DNA of 63,193 bases, filler included, from Globobulimina sp. (Eukaryota): assembly GCA_003354225.1 (NCBI GenBank). It is 27 parts of 27 records of this genome, joined end to end, with 100 filler letters (N's around TTAATTAATTAA, not from the genome) between each part and the next. Parts side by side here need not be neighbours in the genome. Positions count along the whole stretch, not along the records: positions 1 to 2,246 come from PIVH01007909.1; positions 2,347 to 4,592 come from PIVH01007910.1; positions 4,693 to 6,938 come from PIVH01007911.1; positions 7,039 to 9,284 come from PIVH01007912.1; positions 9,385 to 11,630 come from PIVH01007913.1; positions 11,731 to 13,975 come from PIVH01007914.1; 21 more parts are not named here. One strand, written 5' to 3'. The translations under genes were made by a program, and so were the position numbers. Of the stretch, positions 1-11,770 are shown piece after piece. Each line of letters starts with the position of its first letter. Position 1 is the first letter of the stretch. The notes below the pieces were generated by a model. That model worked only from the letters and a program-made list of their open reading frames with translations, searched no databases and was not told the DNA's origin.

Positions 1-1895
1 ATGGGCGACACATAGGAACGAAAATGGTCCAACAACTCAAAGAAGCCAGAGGTTATATGCTCCCACGATTCAGCGATGTTTAAAAACTCAAAACCTAAGG
101 ATAGGATGCCACAAATATAGATTTTAAACCACCAACATTGGTGAAAGTATAAGAGGAGCTCCGTATCGATATCGGTCATGTAAAACGTCAATAAGATGGA
201 CAAGACGCCGCTGAAAGTGTCCAATACCACACAGATCCACGCAAAGATGAAGGCGTATCGGTCTGTACGGGTAAATATCAAACACCAGGAATTGATCAAC
301 AACGTCAACATATTGATGAATAATATGAACACCATTATGATGTCATGGCTCTTATTCTGCGATAATATCATCATCAATACTTGTAAGAAGGTAAAGGGCA
401 AAGTAAAAGTTATGGAATGAATGGCAAAGCCCCAACAGGACGGTCGAATGGGCACATTTGCACTGAAATCATTTAAACTCGATTCGTCGATGTCGGCGCG
501 GATAAAAGAGACCAGTTTGTATTGCAAGCTCTTGCAATGGTAATGCAAGTATGCAAATAATGGGATTAAGAAACCAAACATAAAACCTATGATGAATATA
601 AGTACTAATTTAGTGGCGTCGATATTATCGCTGCGGCAGTATATTTTCACGAATTGATAAGTTAATAAGATATTTAGCAATAAAAATATGCACGAAAACA
701 GCACTGCAAAGGTGTATTGTTTATATATAAATGCGTATGCTATTAATATTAAATTGAAGATCAAATTAAAGGACCAGATCCAGGGAGATATGACCTCGAC
801 CCAGTACCATAAGAACGAGGCGTATTTGATGTTTCTCACACAATATTGCGTGTATTTCGTCTTCATTATGTGGCAGAAATTGTCATCCAATGCCACACCG
901 ATGGCTTTCTCGAATAATTCATTCACTGACGACTGTGTGGTGTATAATTTGTATACAATATCCTTGCACTGCAATAGAATGACACATACCATGCTGTATA
1001 AAGCGACATGTTTCACTTTGATGTCAGAGGAGTTTGAGATGTGATAACTGGAGGATTCGTCATCTAACTCATCCACCGCTTGTACGCAGGCGATGATGCG
1101 TCGTGATTTGGGATAATGTTTCGAGATGATATTGTTCCATTGGCCGTGGTATTTGGTATACCATGAGTTCATATCTGCATTTTCTGGCGACACCACAATG
1201 ATCCATACATTGATATCGATGTTATTCAAGTAATTCACCTGTAATTTCTCGGGCGACTCGCAAAAAGAGGTCAATTGGATTGGAATTAAACGCGTACGGT
1301 ATGGGCATTGGACGTCGTATTGAAAGAGAGTTTGTGGCAAAGAAGACAGTTCTGTCTCGGCGTCAGAGTGTAGAATATGACCCAATGAGATGCTGTGACA
1401 TAATCTCAAGACGTATTCGGAGCATTCGCCTACGATGGCTATGGAGATTGACTTCATGTCGCTATGGTCGATTAATAATTCATTGCCGTAACGGATTAAT
1501 GGGCGCGACGTCATTGTCATGTTTGTATTGTGGTGTTTGTGCTGGTTTATATGATTGTAATTATTGTTATCAATCCGGAGATTGTTGGTATTGGTTAAAA
1601 TATTATCTTGTTTATCAAGGTGAGTGCTGTCAATATTATTGGTATCATGGTTATGCTTTTCATTATCAATGTGATTCCTGAATATGTGAATGCAATTGAT
1701 TTGATTTTATTTGTGTTATTATACAATGTATACATACACTATAATGCTTTCAAGTGATGGTAGTTTGTGATATGAATTATTGGATTTGGGAGTGTCTTTG
1801 TCTGTTTCTGCATCATTGTCGTTGTTTATTAATTCCTCGTCTATTATTACAATGTCGTCCTGATCTAGCAACTGTTCATGTTGTTGCATTTCCAT
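1..1895 (-). CDS. Multi-pass membrane protein of unknown function; 2 exons, 3'-truncated at the window edge; absent from the ORF track
   Basis: Translated by hand. ATG at 1895 (MEMQQHEQLLDQDDIV), 60-nt intron 1737-1678 (GTATGT...TTCAG) containing in-frame stops, then an uninterrupted frame to position 1 with several hydrophobic segments (IWSFNLIFNLILIAYAFIY, FAVLFSCIFLLLNILL, IFIIGFMFGFLIPLFAY). Confidence 0.8.
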
Positions 1896-2024
1896 GCTTC
1901 AAAAATTCAAATGTTAGTAGAGTTTTTTTTTTAAAGTATCTTTTCCATTTTCTTCTCGTTTTCGTTTCAACTTTCATGCGCACTCTGGTGAATCAGTTGC
2001 ATATTAATATAAACACAATCTAAG

Positions 2025-2246
2025 ATGGCCAACGTCGATTATTCTGATTCTTCAGACGATGATCAACCACCAGCACCAGCACGAGGTGCACCGCCACCAC
2101 AAACATATCCAATTGCAAATAATCAAACAAATAACAGTAATAATAATAATACCAACAACGGATATGACTACTCCGAGTCAGATGAAGATGAAGAAGAAGA
2201 TACAACAACCAATCATCGATCAAATCCGCCACCGAATCATATGCAT
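2025..2246 (+). CDS. N-terminus of an acidic, Asn/Pro-rich low-complexity protein, truncated at the contig end
   Basis: MANVDYSDSSDDDQPP..., open to the contig end; divergent from the gene starting at 1895. Confidence 0.6.
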
Positions 2247-2346
2247 NNNNNNNNNNNNNNNNNNNNNNNNNNNNNNNNNNNNNNNNNNNNTTAATTAATT
2301 AANNNNNNNNNNNNNNNNNNNNNNNNNNNNNNNNNNNNNNNNNNNN
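2247..2346. other. Artificial contig spacer (44 N + TTAATTAATTAA + 44 N); first of 26 identical spacers recurring about every 2345 bp, the last at 60851-60950
   Basis: Identical linker with six-frame stops between contigs whose lengths fall steadily from 2246 to 2243 bp. Confidence 0.98.
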
Positions 2347-2469
2347 TAAGCTCAAACATTTCAATTTTCTTTTTTTCCAATTGCTCTCTTTCAAATATAT
2401 CTAATTTCTCATTTAATATAGATAAAGCTTGTGTTAATTTTGGTTCATCAGCTTCCAATTTTGGTTCAT

Positions 2470-4592
2470 TAGCTGCACCGCAAATAAAATTAGCCATAGA
2501 TCCCACGCAAATAAGTGCGGATAAGTCCGGTGCACAAGGAATGATTATGTGATTCGAAGGGGCGAGAGATCACATTATGAAAAACCCCGAAATGATAATC
2601 GTGCAGAAAGATTGGAGCAATTATTTCAACAATGTAAGCAGGGAAATCACATTGGATTTACTGCACAGTAAAGTCCCCACAATGTACCCTCAGGCCTTCC
2701 AACTTTATCACAAACCATATTACATTTATATGGCTACAAACGATTGGTTGGCTAACGAGGAAGGTCTGGGACAAGGCAGTACATCATCAAATACAATAAC
2801 TGCCGTAGTATCAAAGCATTTTAATGAAATTGTATTGCAGAAATGCCTCGAAATTAAGCCGGACTTTAAAAAACGTGGCGAAGCCGGTTATGTCGACGAT
2901 ACATTTGAATTATTAACTATCGCCGACGCAAATTTGTATATTAAAATAATCAAATTAATTGGACCGGTCTTTGGGTTCATTTTAAATGAGTCCAAAAGCA
3001 TTATAACGTGTGCCGGAAATAAAGACATTATTTGGAATCTATTATCCGATGATTTGAAACAATTTAAATTCAATGAAAATGGGAATTAGGAATGTCTAAA
3101 CATTCCAATTGGCACCGAAGAATACGTTATGTTGCAAATGGAGATCAAAATTGCGAACATCAAGAAAAGTATCGGTAAAATCGCAGGTTTAGATATCGTA
3201 CACTTACAAATGAAAGTGATGAAGGACTATGTAAATGTATCAAATATGATCTATTGGTTCAATTCCCTGCCACCGTACATCAGTCTAATTGTGGCAAGGA
3301 AGTACGACAAAATGCTGCGTGAATTATTGTCGATGATGGGAGGATTTATGCTGTCTGATAACGAGTTTTTGCATTGCAGTCTCTCGACGAAAAAAGCTGG
3401 CTTAGGTATGCGCACCGCAACAGATAAAATTAGCGCGATCTATTTGCCTTCGATATTCGCCGCGAAGCAGATTTGTAAGAAACTGTTGGATTCGGACATC
3501 GATGATGAACTCATGAAGACTATCGATGAACGCATGGCTTATGCTCTATCATTATACAATGCGTCAGTCACCGAACGATACCAAATCACAGCCTTTGACG
3601 CCTCTGTACATACTACCAAATGGATGATAAATGCCATTCAATCACGGCAACTGAATCAATTATTGGCTGCAGCGACTGGTAAACATAAAGCCGCACTGAA
3701 ATCGCAATGCAATCGCAACGCGAACGCGTGGCTAAATGCGTCGATGTCGAGTGGTTATGGCATGTTTTATAGCAATCCGGAATTCCGGATATTAATGAAA
3801 CGCAAATTGAGACATGAATTGATAATCAGCAATGATCGATGCATTTGCTGTGAAGAGAAGATTGATTCTTATGGCGACCATGGTGTAATTTGTAAACATG
3901 GACAAGGAATCATATACAAACATGATTTAATTGTTTATGGCATCTCAACATTACTCAAATCGGCCAAAATCAAGCATTCTATTGAAAAAAGACACATTTT
4001 TGATAATATCAATATGAAACCAGCAGATATATACATCAATAATTGGGGAGAGAACGGCGAATCCATTGCTATCGACATTGGCGTAACGTCAGTTGTATGC
4101 AACAGTCGTTTTACAACCGCCGCACTGAAGAAATTGAGTGCAGCGAACAGCTTCTTCCAACACAAAATAAACAAATACAACAACTACTTAGATGCAAATA
4201 GAGAGAAACTGAGAGATTTGATTTATTTGCCGATTATTTTTGAAGACTACGGTGGAATGCACAAACAAACCGTAAAATTCATTAAGAAATTAGCAAAGCT
4301 TCGTGCAGCGACTATCAATGAAGAGATTTCAATATCAACGGGATATTGTTTCGAATTCTTATCAGCGAAACTCCAAAAAGCCAATGCAGTCTCGCTATTA
4401 CATCATTATTCAATATACAATGATGAAAATAGAATAAATCAATAGTTAGTGAGGGAAATAGTATTTAAGTCGATTTTTATTAATGTTATTTACATATTTA
4501 TAATCATTATCACATCGGGACACCAGCTACAGTGTTATTTGCAATTGCTGACTTTGTACTTTTTTGTTTGAGTTTTTTCTTTTATTTGTTGT
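2470..4592 (+). mobile_element. Degraded, 5'-truncated non-LTR retrotransposon with RT plus C-terminal restriction-like endonuclease (CRE/R2-type)
   Basis: One reading frame with RT motifs (QKDWSNYFNNVSR, EEGLGQG, GYVDD, CLNIPIG), a CCHC knuckle (CICC...DHGVIC) and an RLE core (HDLIV...KPADIYI...IDIGV...KINKY...PIIFEDYG). In-frame stops at TGA 2550-2552 and TAG 3087-3089; ORF ends at 4445; T-rich 3' region. Confidence 0.88.
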
Positions 4593-4692
4593 NNNNNNNN
4601 NNNNNNNNNNNNNNNNNNNNNNNNNNNNNNNNNNNNTTAATTAATTAANNNNNNNNNNNNNNNNNNNNNNNNNNNNNNNNNNNNNNNNNNNN

Positions 4693-4937
4693 GGATTATT
4701 GTTGTAGCGGTATTCAAGCTGTTGATAATGATTATATTCGTTGACAAGATTTTGTAGTTCGTATTGAAGATTACGCCTTTTACGGACATTTAAAAGTGTC
4801 ATTTCTTTCTCATAATATCTTCCCCATCTAAGCTTATGCTTTGCATCGATGTTTGTGTGTTTATTTTTGAAACTTTTATCTATTGTCTTGTTCGAATATC
4901 GATTATATTTGCCATTATTTCTTGAAATGTGGTCCAT
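4693..4937 (-). CDS. N-terminal fragment of a basic hypothetical protein
   Basis: ATG-initiated ORF open to the contig edge; no recognisable motif. Confidence 0.35.
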
Positions 4938-5128
4938 ATTTAAAACTGTTTTTGAGTGAAGTGATGCAGTAGAAAGTTAAATTAAATTGTTCTGGTGGTG
5001 TCAATAGATTGCTGCTGAACAGAAATAATGGAAGTTGAGTGTGATCAAAATATACTCTACTGATTAAAATTGGGATTTGTTTTTTTTTCCAGATTAGCCG
5101 CATCGGAATTAATGTTGAAGATTCTACT

Positions 5129-5641
5129 TTGTACATTGAATATTGTTCAGAGGAGAACGTCAGAAAAGTAGAGTTAACGCAAGAATTATTATCACCACAT
5201 AATGTTGGCAAACTGGTTGAATATTTAAAGGAAAATAAAAGTGATTTATTCATTGATAATGTTGAGATTTTAGAAAGTAAATTGCTGAAATTGTTATCGT
5301 CAATAACTGAATATAAACGAGAGAAAATATTGAAATCAGGAGCAGCGTCCGCAGACTACGCAGAGAAAGAAATCGAAGCAGAGGAAAATAAGATGCATAA
5401 AACATTTGAAAAAAATGTGATAACTTCATCACATGCAAATTATGTGTATGATAAAACAGTTCCAATTGAATCTGAACAAAATGAGGAAATAACAAATGAC
5501 GAAATACCAAATGAATGGGACGAAGAAATTGATGAAGATATCGTGATAATGGATGACAGTGCAAATGAGGTTGACAATCTATTTTTTGACGATATTGTTG
5601 ATCAGTTCATTGATGACGATATTGACGAATTGACGAAATAA
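5129..5641 (+). CDS. Hypothetical protein with acidic C-terminus (probably a terminal exon)
   Basis: 170-aa ORF with an E/D-rich tail; a pyrimidine tract plus CAG near 5080-5093 suggests an upstream intron. Confidence 0.5.
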   Translation: MYIEYCSEENVRKVELTQELLSPHNVGKLVEYLKENKSDLFIDNVEILESKLLKLLSSITEYKREKILKSGAASADYAEKEIEAEENKMHKTFEKNVITSSHANYVYDKTVPIESEQNEEITNDEIPNEWDEEIDEDIVIMDDSANEVDNLFFDDIVDQFIDDDIDELTK

Positions 5642-6120
5642 CAAACTAAAATTAACTTATGTTGTGATTTTTGTTCTCCATATTATTTAAAGAAATAAGA
5701 CCAAAAAGTTTTCATTGTTGATATGTTGAAAACAGAGTTATTGGTCTTTGGATATGTTCGGCTTTTTGATCGAAAATAATGTGAATAATGTTATTGTTCC
5801 AAATGCAAATCCATGTATGTTGAGAAAGAAATAAACGTTTTATAATCACCACTGGAAATTTCCACGAGTGATGCAACTGTAATCTTCAAAAAAAATATCA
5901 CATTTCCCCTCAAAAAAAAAAGACGTGTTAGAAACAGTTCGTTTTGGAAAAATGAACCACTGATCTATCTTTTCTCCGATTCTTATAGGCCTTTGGCCTG
6001 CGGAGTTGTGTATGTGTGAATGGGCTAATTTCTAACACGTCCTATTCTAAAGTGTCTAGCTGATTCTGCGGTTTTTTTGTGTGTTGGAGAATTTGGTCAC
6101 TGCAGCTTTTTACAAGTATA

Positions 6121-6938
6121 ATGATGTCACACTGGTTTTTTTACGTTAACTGTAGTATATATTATGTAGTAAACATTCCATTATATATTTATTGTTTGTA
6201 TGAAGTGGTTAAACAACGAAAAGAGCTGTATTTCCATCATCGTCATATGACATTATCGATGGCAATGATTGGTGCTTTTATGTTTCTCGGATTCCGAGCG
6301 TCAGGTTTACATTTCCCCCATGCATATACCGTAAAAGATGGATTAGGAGCACATCAAACATGGTTTAACATGCCAGTATCAACAAATTGGTTTGAATTAA
6401 TAACAGTGCTCGCTTTATATATTGCAATATTTGCTGCAGCATTACGAGGATGGCATTTATTTTATGATTTAAATTGGGGCCAAGCCATAGCGAACCAAAC
6501 ATGGCTTAGAGCAGTCAATAAAAAATCATCGCAATCATTTTTTCTAAAATATAGAAAAACGATTGGTTCTGTTCCATTTACCATGAAACTAATGCTTATT
6601 TACGCTGCATTAATGATTATGCAGTCAACGGTTTTAATTGGTATTTTGGGGGATAATACAACATTATTTGATACATCGTATCGTATATTTTATGCTCATT
6701 CAACATCGTCGTTATTCGTTCAGCCTTATTTATTATATAAAGCTCCCTATGATACTCTCGCAATTAAATTAGAACTGATCGCCTTGCAAACAGTATGGAC
6801 TTTGCTATGCATTTTTTTTGCATTTACGGGCGTGACACATTTCCATTTACTCTATGAATGGGTGTTTCATATCCATTCCTTTTTAGCCATATTCGGATCT
6901 ACATTATTTATGTCCATCTCAGTGTTTTATCCAATGTC
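6121..6938 (+). CDS. Multi-pass (7TM-like) membrane protein, 3'-truncated
   Basis: About 270 aa with 6-7 hydrophobic segments, open to the contig end. Confidence 0.7.
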
Positions 6939-7038
6939 NNNNNNNNNNNNNNNNNNNNNNNNNNNNNNNNNNNNNNNNNNNNTTAATTAATTAANNNNNN
7001 NNNNNNNNNNNNNNNNNNNNNNNNNNNNNNNNNNNNNN

Positions 7039-7235
7039 ACGGCATTGATTGTGGTGATTTTTTACCCGATTTAACTGTTGTTGTGTTGCGAGAGAAACCA
7101 TTTAATATCACAAATTTTGGACATCGTAGGGATTTGGCAAAGCATTTTAAATCACTTCGCATTCCTCATCAACAAAGAAATAATAATATGGATAATGAAG
7201 GCGCTAGCACTCAATATCACGTTTTTGTAAATTAA
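7039..7235 (+). CDS. C-terminal fragment with a SAM-like domain
   Basis: Translated by hand: GIDCGDFLPDLTVVVLREKPFNITNFGHRRDLAKHFKSL, matching the SAM pattern I-x-G-x-x-L...GI-x-x-x-GHR; stop at 7235. Confidence 0.5.
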
Positions 7236-7519
7236 ATGCAAAACTTTCTTTGTTCATTTTATCTTCAAAACACTATGCGCAACAACAATAACAATTAATT
7301 AAAACGTGGATTGATGACAATTAAAACCTGACAAAATAAAATGAAGAAGAGAGCATAATATAACTGCAAAAAATATAAATATCCCATTCACTTATTATCT
7401 AATCAAAACATAAATTATCATCAACAACAACGCAATACGAGATCCAATAAAACACAAATAAACCAAAAAAAAACTAATAAAATAAAAAATGTAAATGTAA
7501 TATAACATATGAATTGGAG

Positions 7520-9284
7520 TTATTTATTCTCATCAATATCTATACCCATTCCATCTTCATCATGTGTTTCAACTTTAACATTCACACTTTGTTGTTGTGG
7601 TGGTTTTGATGGTTCACTGGCCACTATGTCACACTTTATATTTGCATTACTTTTATACTGACTCAACCATTGCAATATAATATTCCTATCCCGCTCATCA
7701 TTGATCATAAACTCCACCACCGAGGGGTCCAAATGCAACAACGCTTCCTTATTGATATTAAACTCCATAAAAATGCTATGATACTGTGTCAAATGCAACT
7801 GACACAACACCTGAAATACAAACGAGTCTCCCACCCCAACATTATTAATATGGCCGCTATGAAACCCAAACAAACCACCCACGCCAATGTTATTTATATC
7901 ACTTCCTTGCACCCCAACACCAACCCCAACATGTCCGACACCACCGATCTGTCCCTGACCATGGTGATGCTGTGGGACTGGTTCGTCACAATGTATCCGA
8001 TCAATATCATCATCGATGTCGTCATCCTCCACATCATCAACACCCACATCCACATCAACTCGATGCCGATCAGCATCAATCTCAATATCATGATCCATAT
8101 CATGCTCCTCCTGAGAATCACCACCCGTTCCGCCACCACACTGTACCTCTTCGTCCACGTTATCTTCCTCCGAGTCAATGCCATATATATTGCTGTCAGA
8201 TATATTGCTGTTGGTCATATGCGTCACATTGATCACTTTCTTGTGTATCGCATATGGATTATCCCTAAACGCTTGATATTTATCCATAGAAAACCTCGAC
8301 GTTTTGGTCATTTTATACTTAGTATCATTGTTCTGCGGATTGGACGAGGACTGCTCCAGCCGCGTAATGGTGAAACCACATTTAGTGAAACATTTGACTG
8401 CCTGCGTATTGACGGTCGGCACTAATACACCAAATTTGGTGCCTGACGGGAACGCATAGATCAGCGACTGCAATAATTGCGAACCAAAGCCTTTATTATT
8501 ATATTCACTTAAAATACATAAATCCGATACGTTTACAAACGAATCGCAGCGTACACCCGATTCGCGCAATAATTTCTGTCGCGAATATCTTTCATTTGCG
8601 TTGACATTCACATTATACACACTTTCCATGTCATAATCCTCCCAATCCGACTCCCTCCAGTCCCAGAAATTAAATTTCATCCATTCATAGATAATACAGC
8701 CCATCAGCACAAAGGAGGACATTTTCACTTTGAGATTACCCATTTCCTGCGGCAAAACCTCCTCCTCCATAGCAGCAACGCCAGTGTCTATTTGCATGAG
8801 TAAGGCATATTTATTGTCATTATGCATAAAATCGATATTGCCATAATGTTTATTATTACTCTCAGCTTTATGTGCTGTCGACATCAAAGTAAGTACACTC
8901 CGCGCATCATTCATACGGAAAGCTCGTATTTTAAACTGAAAGCACAGAGTCTCCGGCTTCACCGCATCGACATACGTACTCTCAATGCCGCACACATAGT
9001 CCTTACAGGCGTGCACATCCAAAGTGTCACTGATTCGCTGTGTCAAACCATGCGATATCAATGGGTCGACAGCCTCCAACTCATCGCACACTTTATTTAA
9101 TTTCGGAAAAGATTCGCCCTCAATGTACTGCAACGCTGTGTTCAATACATTGATTAACTGATCCTCCTCACTGTCAATGCATTTGTCCACTTTGCTTTTG
9201 CTGTCAGTGTCATCCTCAGCGGCTAATTTCATCCGATTATACTGCGCGAGCTGTGTATATTGACTGATGTTGCTATGGATGGAT
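7520..9284 (-). CDS. GNAT-family acetyltransferase domain plus C-terminal SAM-like domain, 5'-truncated
   Basis: GNAT motif A (VSDLCILSEYNNKGFGSQLL) and motif B (NTQAVKCFTKCGF); SAM-like segment VLCQLHLTQYHSIFMEFNINKEALLHL; frame is open to the contig end. Confidence 0.75.
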
Positions 9285-9384
9285 NNNNNNNNNNNNNNNN
9301 NNNNNNNNNNNNNNNNNNNNNNNNNNNNTTAATTAATTAANNNNNNNNNNNNNNNNNNNNNNNNNNNNNNNNNNNNNNNNNNNN

Positions 9385-10806
9385 CGAATAGATAGTATCC
9401 TCTGAATATCGTTGGCGTCCAATCCGTATGGCGTTCACAGCTGCGACGACCGCTAAAATGCAAACAAAACTCAATGACAAAGAGGCCAAAATTCTGCAAA
9501 AATATGCGCACTCAGATTTGTGATGTTCGATCAACATTCCATTGGTCCGCGAGATAGCAATCTTGCCATCAAAGGCTGAACGCGGTACTTCTGAAGATTC
9601 GACGTTGGTCATTCCCCATTTATATTGCAAACTACATTCGCGTCGATACCAAATCTCGATGCTGGCCGTACTCCAACAGATCGCCAACAATATCACCACA
9701 CTCGAACCATAAACAGCGATGTCGCCATAAATCAATTGCACCACAAACCAAATGCTGCCAACAATGGCCATTGGCCATAACCAAAAATTATAATGCACCA
9801 ACCACGCGAAATAAAATCCAATTGCTTCGCCATAATATGCGCGAATATCATCCACTCTGCGCTTCCAACTCATACTCTTTCCCATATACTGCGACTTTTT
9901 GATCCTTTTTTTGTGGTTGTTGTCGACGGAAAGCAAGTCAATAAATTCATTCATGTCTCGTTTTAAGCGATTTGTAGAGGGAATGACATGCGAAGTACTG
10001 TCAATTTTGACAATATGCTGCTTTCTGTATCGATCATGCAAAGCAAAAAAGGCAACCAATGGATGCGACTTATTCGTCAAATAACGTTGCATCATAATAT
10101 TACAACCGCCCAATTCCATGTCTTTCACTAATAATCCATACAAAATACGCAAATATATGCGGTTATTGACACAACCAAACGAGTCATCCATTTCTTTTTT
10201 GTAGATTTCGGTTAATCCCTTTTTATATGGAATATGCATTGATTCCCAACACGAAAATGATAATTTGCTATGTTTCGTATTGCCGAAAGATTCGATATTT
10301 TTGTTTTCTCCATTTTCGCCTAAATACGTTCTCTCTGCCAATAAAAATGTTGAATCGCGTCGGCCAAACTTGATAGTTTTATATGCATCGATTTCAAACT
10401 CAATTTCATATGTTTCAGCCCAAAATTCTGCAGTTTCCGCGCCAATCGAAACAATCAGATAAATATAACGCAGTTTGTCATCGCGTGAGTATAATAAAGT
10501 ATATTTAATGCCGATTTCATCAAAACGTGCTATCAATGACAATAATGACAATGCTATGTCTTTATTGTCATAATTAGCTGCATTCAGTTTAACTGTTAGT
10601 TCTTCTCTGCTTTTATCCCAAACAGACAACGTTTTCTTCTCTGTGATGTCTAATCGGAAGTATTCGTTTTCCCGTTCAAAAACAAGACAATATCCTTTCG
10701 TTGGGATGTTTGCGCCAGAAATTATATTTTTCATTAGGTTTATTGATGGCGTCGAAGCATGTCTCGCCAGACTCGGAAGAAGTAGCTCCGCCATGATCCA
10801 CAGCAA
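9385..10806 (-). CDS. Anoctamin/TMEM16 family channel or scramblase, 3'-truncated
   Basis: Signature segments FFALHD, VDDIRAYYGEAIGFYFAWLVHY, W...EIWYRRECSLQYKWG, PRSAFDG. Confidence 0.9.
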
Positions 10807-11770
10807 GGTTTTATTTTAATAATCTGAAAAAACTCTGAAGATAATAAAAACGGTCATCCTTTTGTTTCACAAACAGCAGCGCCTCAAATCCAACCAACAC
10901 ACTCAATACACTCACAATGTCCAAGAATTCGTCAACAATGCATTCCGCAAACTTAACCAATCAATATTGCTCAATCAGCAATGAGTGTGCAGTCATAAAG
11001 TACTGTCCCGGTCTTGCCACAACACCACACACATAATGATCAAAACAATGATCAAAATCCAACTTTTGCTCAAACGACATGTGTTTGCAAGACCACTATC
11101 CATAAAAACATGAAAGCCATCGACAAACACAGAGCAATTTGTAGATTCCAATGTATGCATTAATTAATTTATAGAATTTTCCACATTTTTTTCTCCTTAT
11201 TTTTAACACAAAAAATACGTAAAAATATGCAGTTTTTTGCTGTAAAATTTGTTGTGAGATATTTCCATCTCCAAAGGAATTGACTCAACATCAAATTGTT
11301 GAGCATGACACTTATAAATTAAATGCAAATATTCATTATAATTATAAACAATGCAATAACATATTGACAAATTATCGGTTTAATTATGAACATAGAAAAC
11401 GTATAAAATTACACCAATGCTCCTTCGCTGAAATCTGTCACAAAAGGGAAGCATGGTCGAAGGCACGACCGGATGAAGCATACCAAGATGAAATCAAGAC
11501 AACCAAACGCTACGTGCTCAAACCTGTCCCGGAGGGCAGCACACACGACTCCATCAAACAATTCCTCACGCAATTAGCATGGCAAGCGCTGCCAATCGCA
11601 CCTGCCGGCAGGAGGGGCTACATCGTTGGTNNNNNNNNNNNNNNNNNNNNNNNNNNNNNNNNNNNNNNNNNNNNTTAATTAATTAANNNNNNNNNNNNNN
11701 NNNNNNNNNNNNNNNNNNNNNNNNNNNNNNAATAATTCTAAGAAAATATCATAAAAAATGTGTTTTTTTG

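Noticed and set aside
2550-3089. In-frame TGA and TAG in the retroelement as evidence of a variant genetic code
   Set aside because: Other genes end normally at TAA, TAG and TGA, and conserved ORFs such as tubulin and the ATPase contain no internal stops outside introns; nonsense mutation is simpler.
5922-6041. 13-bp inverted repeat GACGTGTTAGAAA...TTTCTAACACGTC
   Set aside because: Could be a tiny MITE, but it is short and single-copy in this window with no target-site duplication identified.
7670-8425. 251-aa plus-strand ORF and similar antisense ORFs (33309-33959, 52416-52721, 54331-54789, 196-1681)
   Set aside because: They are shadows of real opposite-strand genes with biased codon use and have no motifs of their own.
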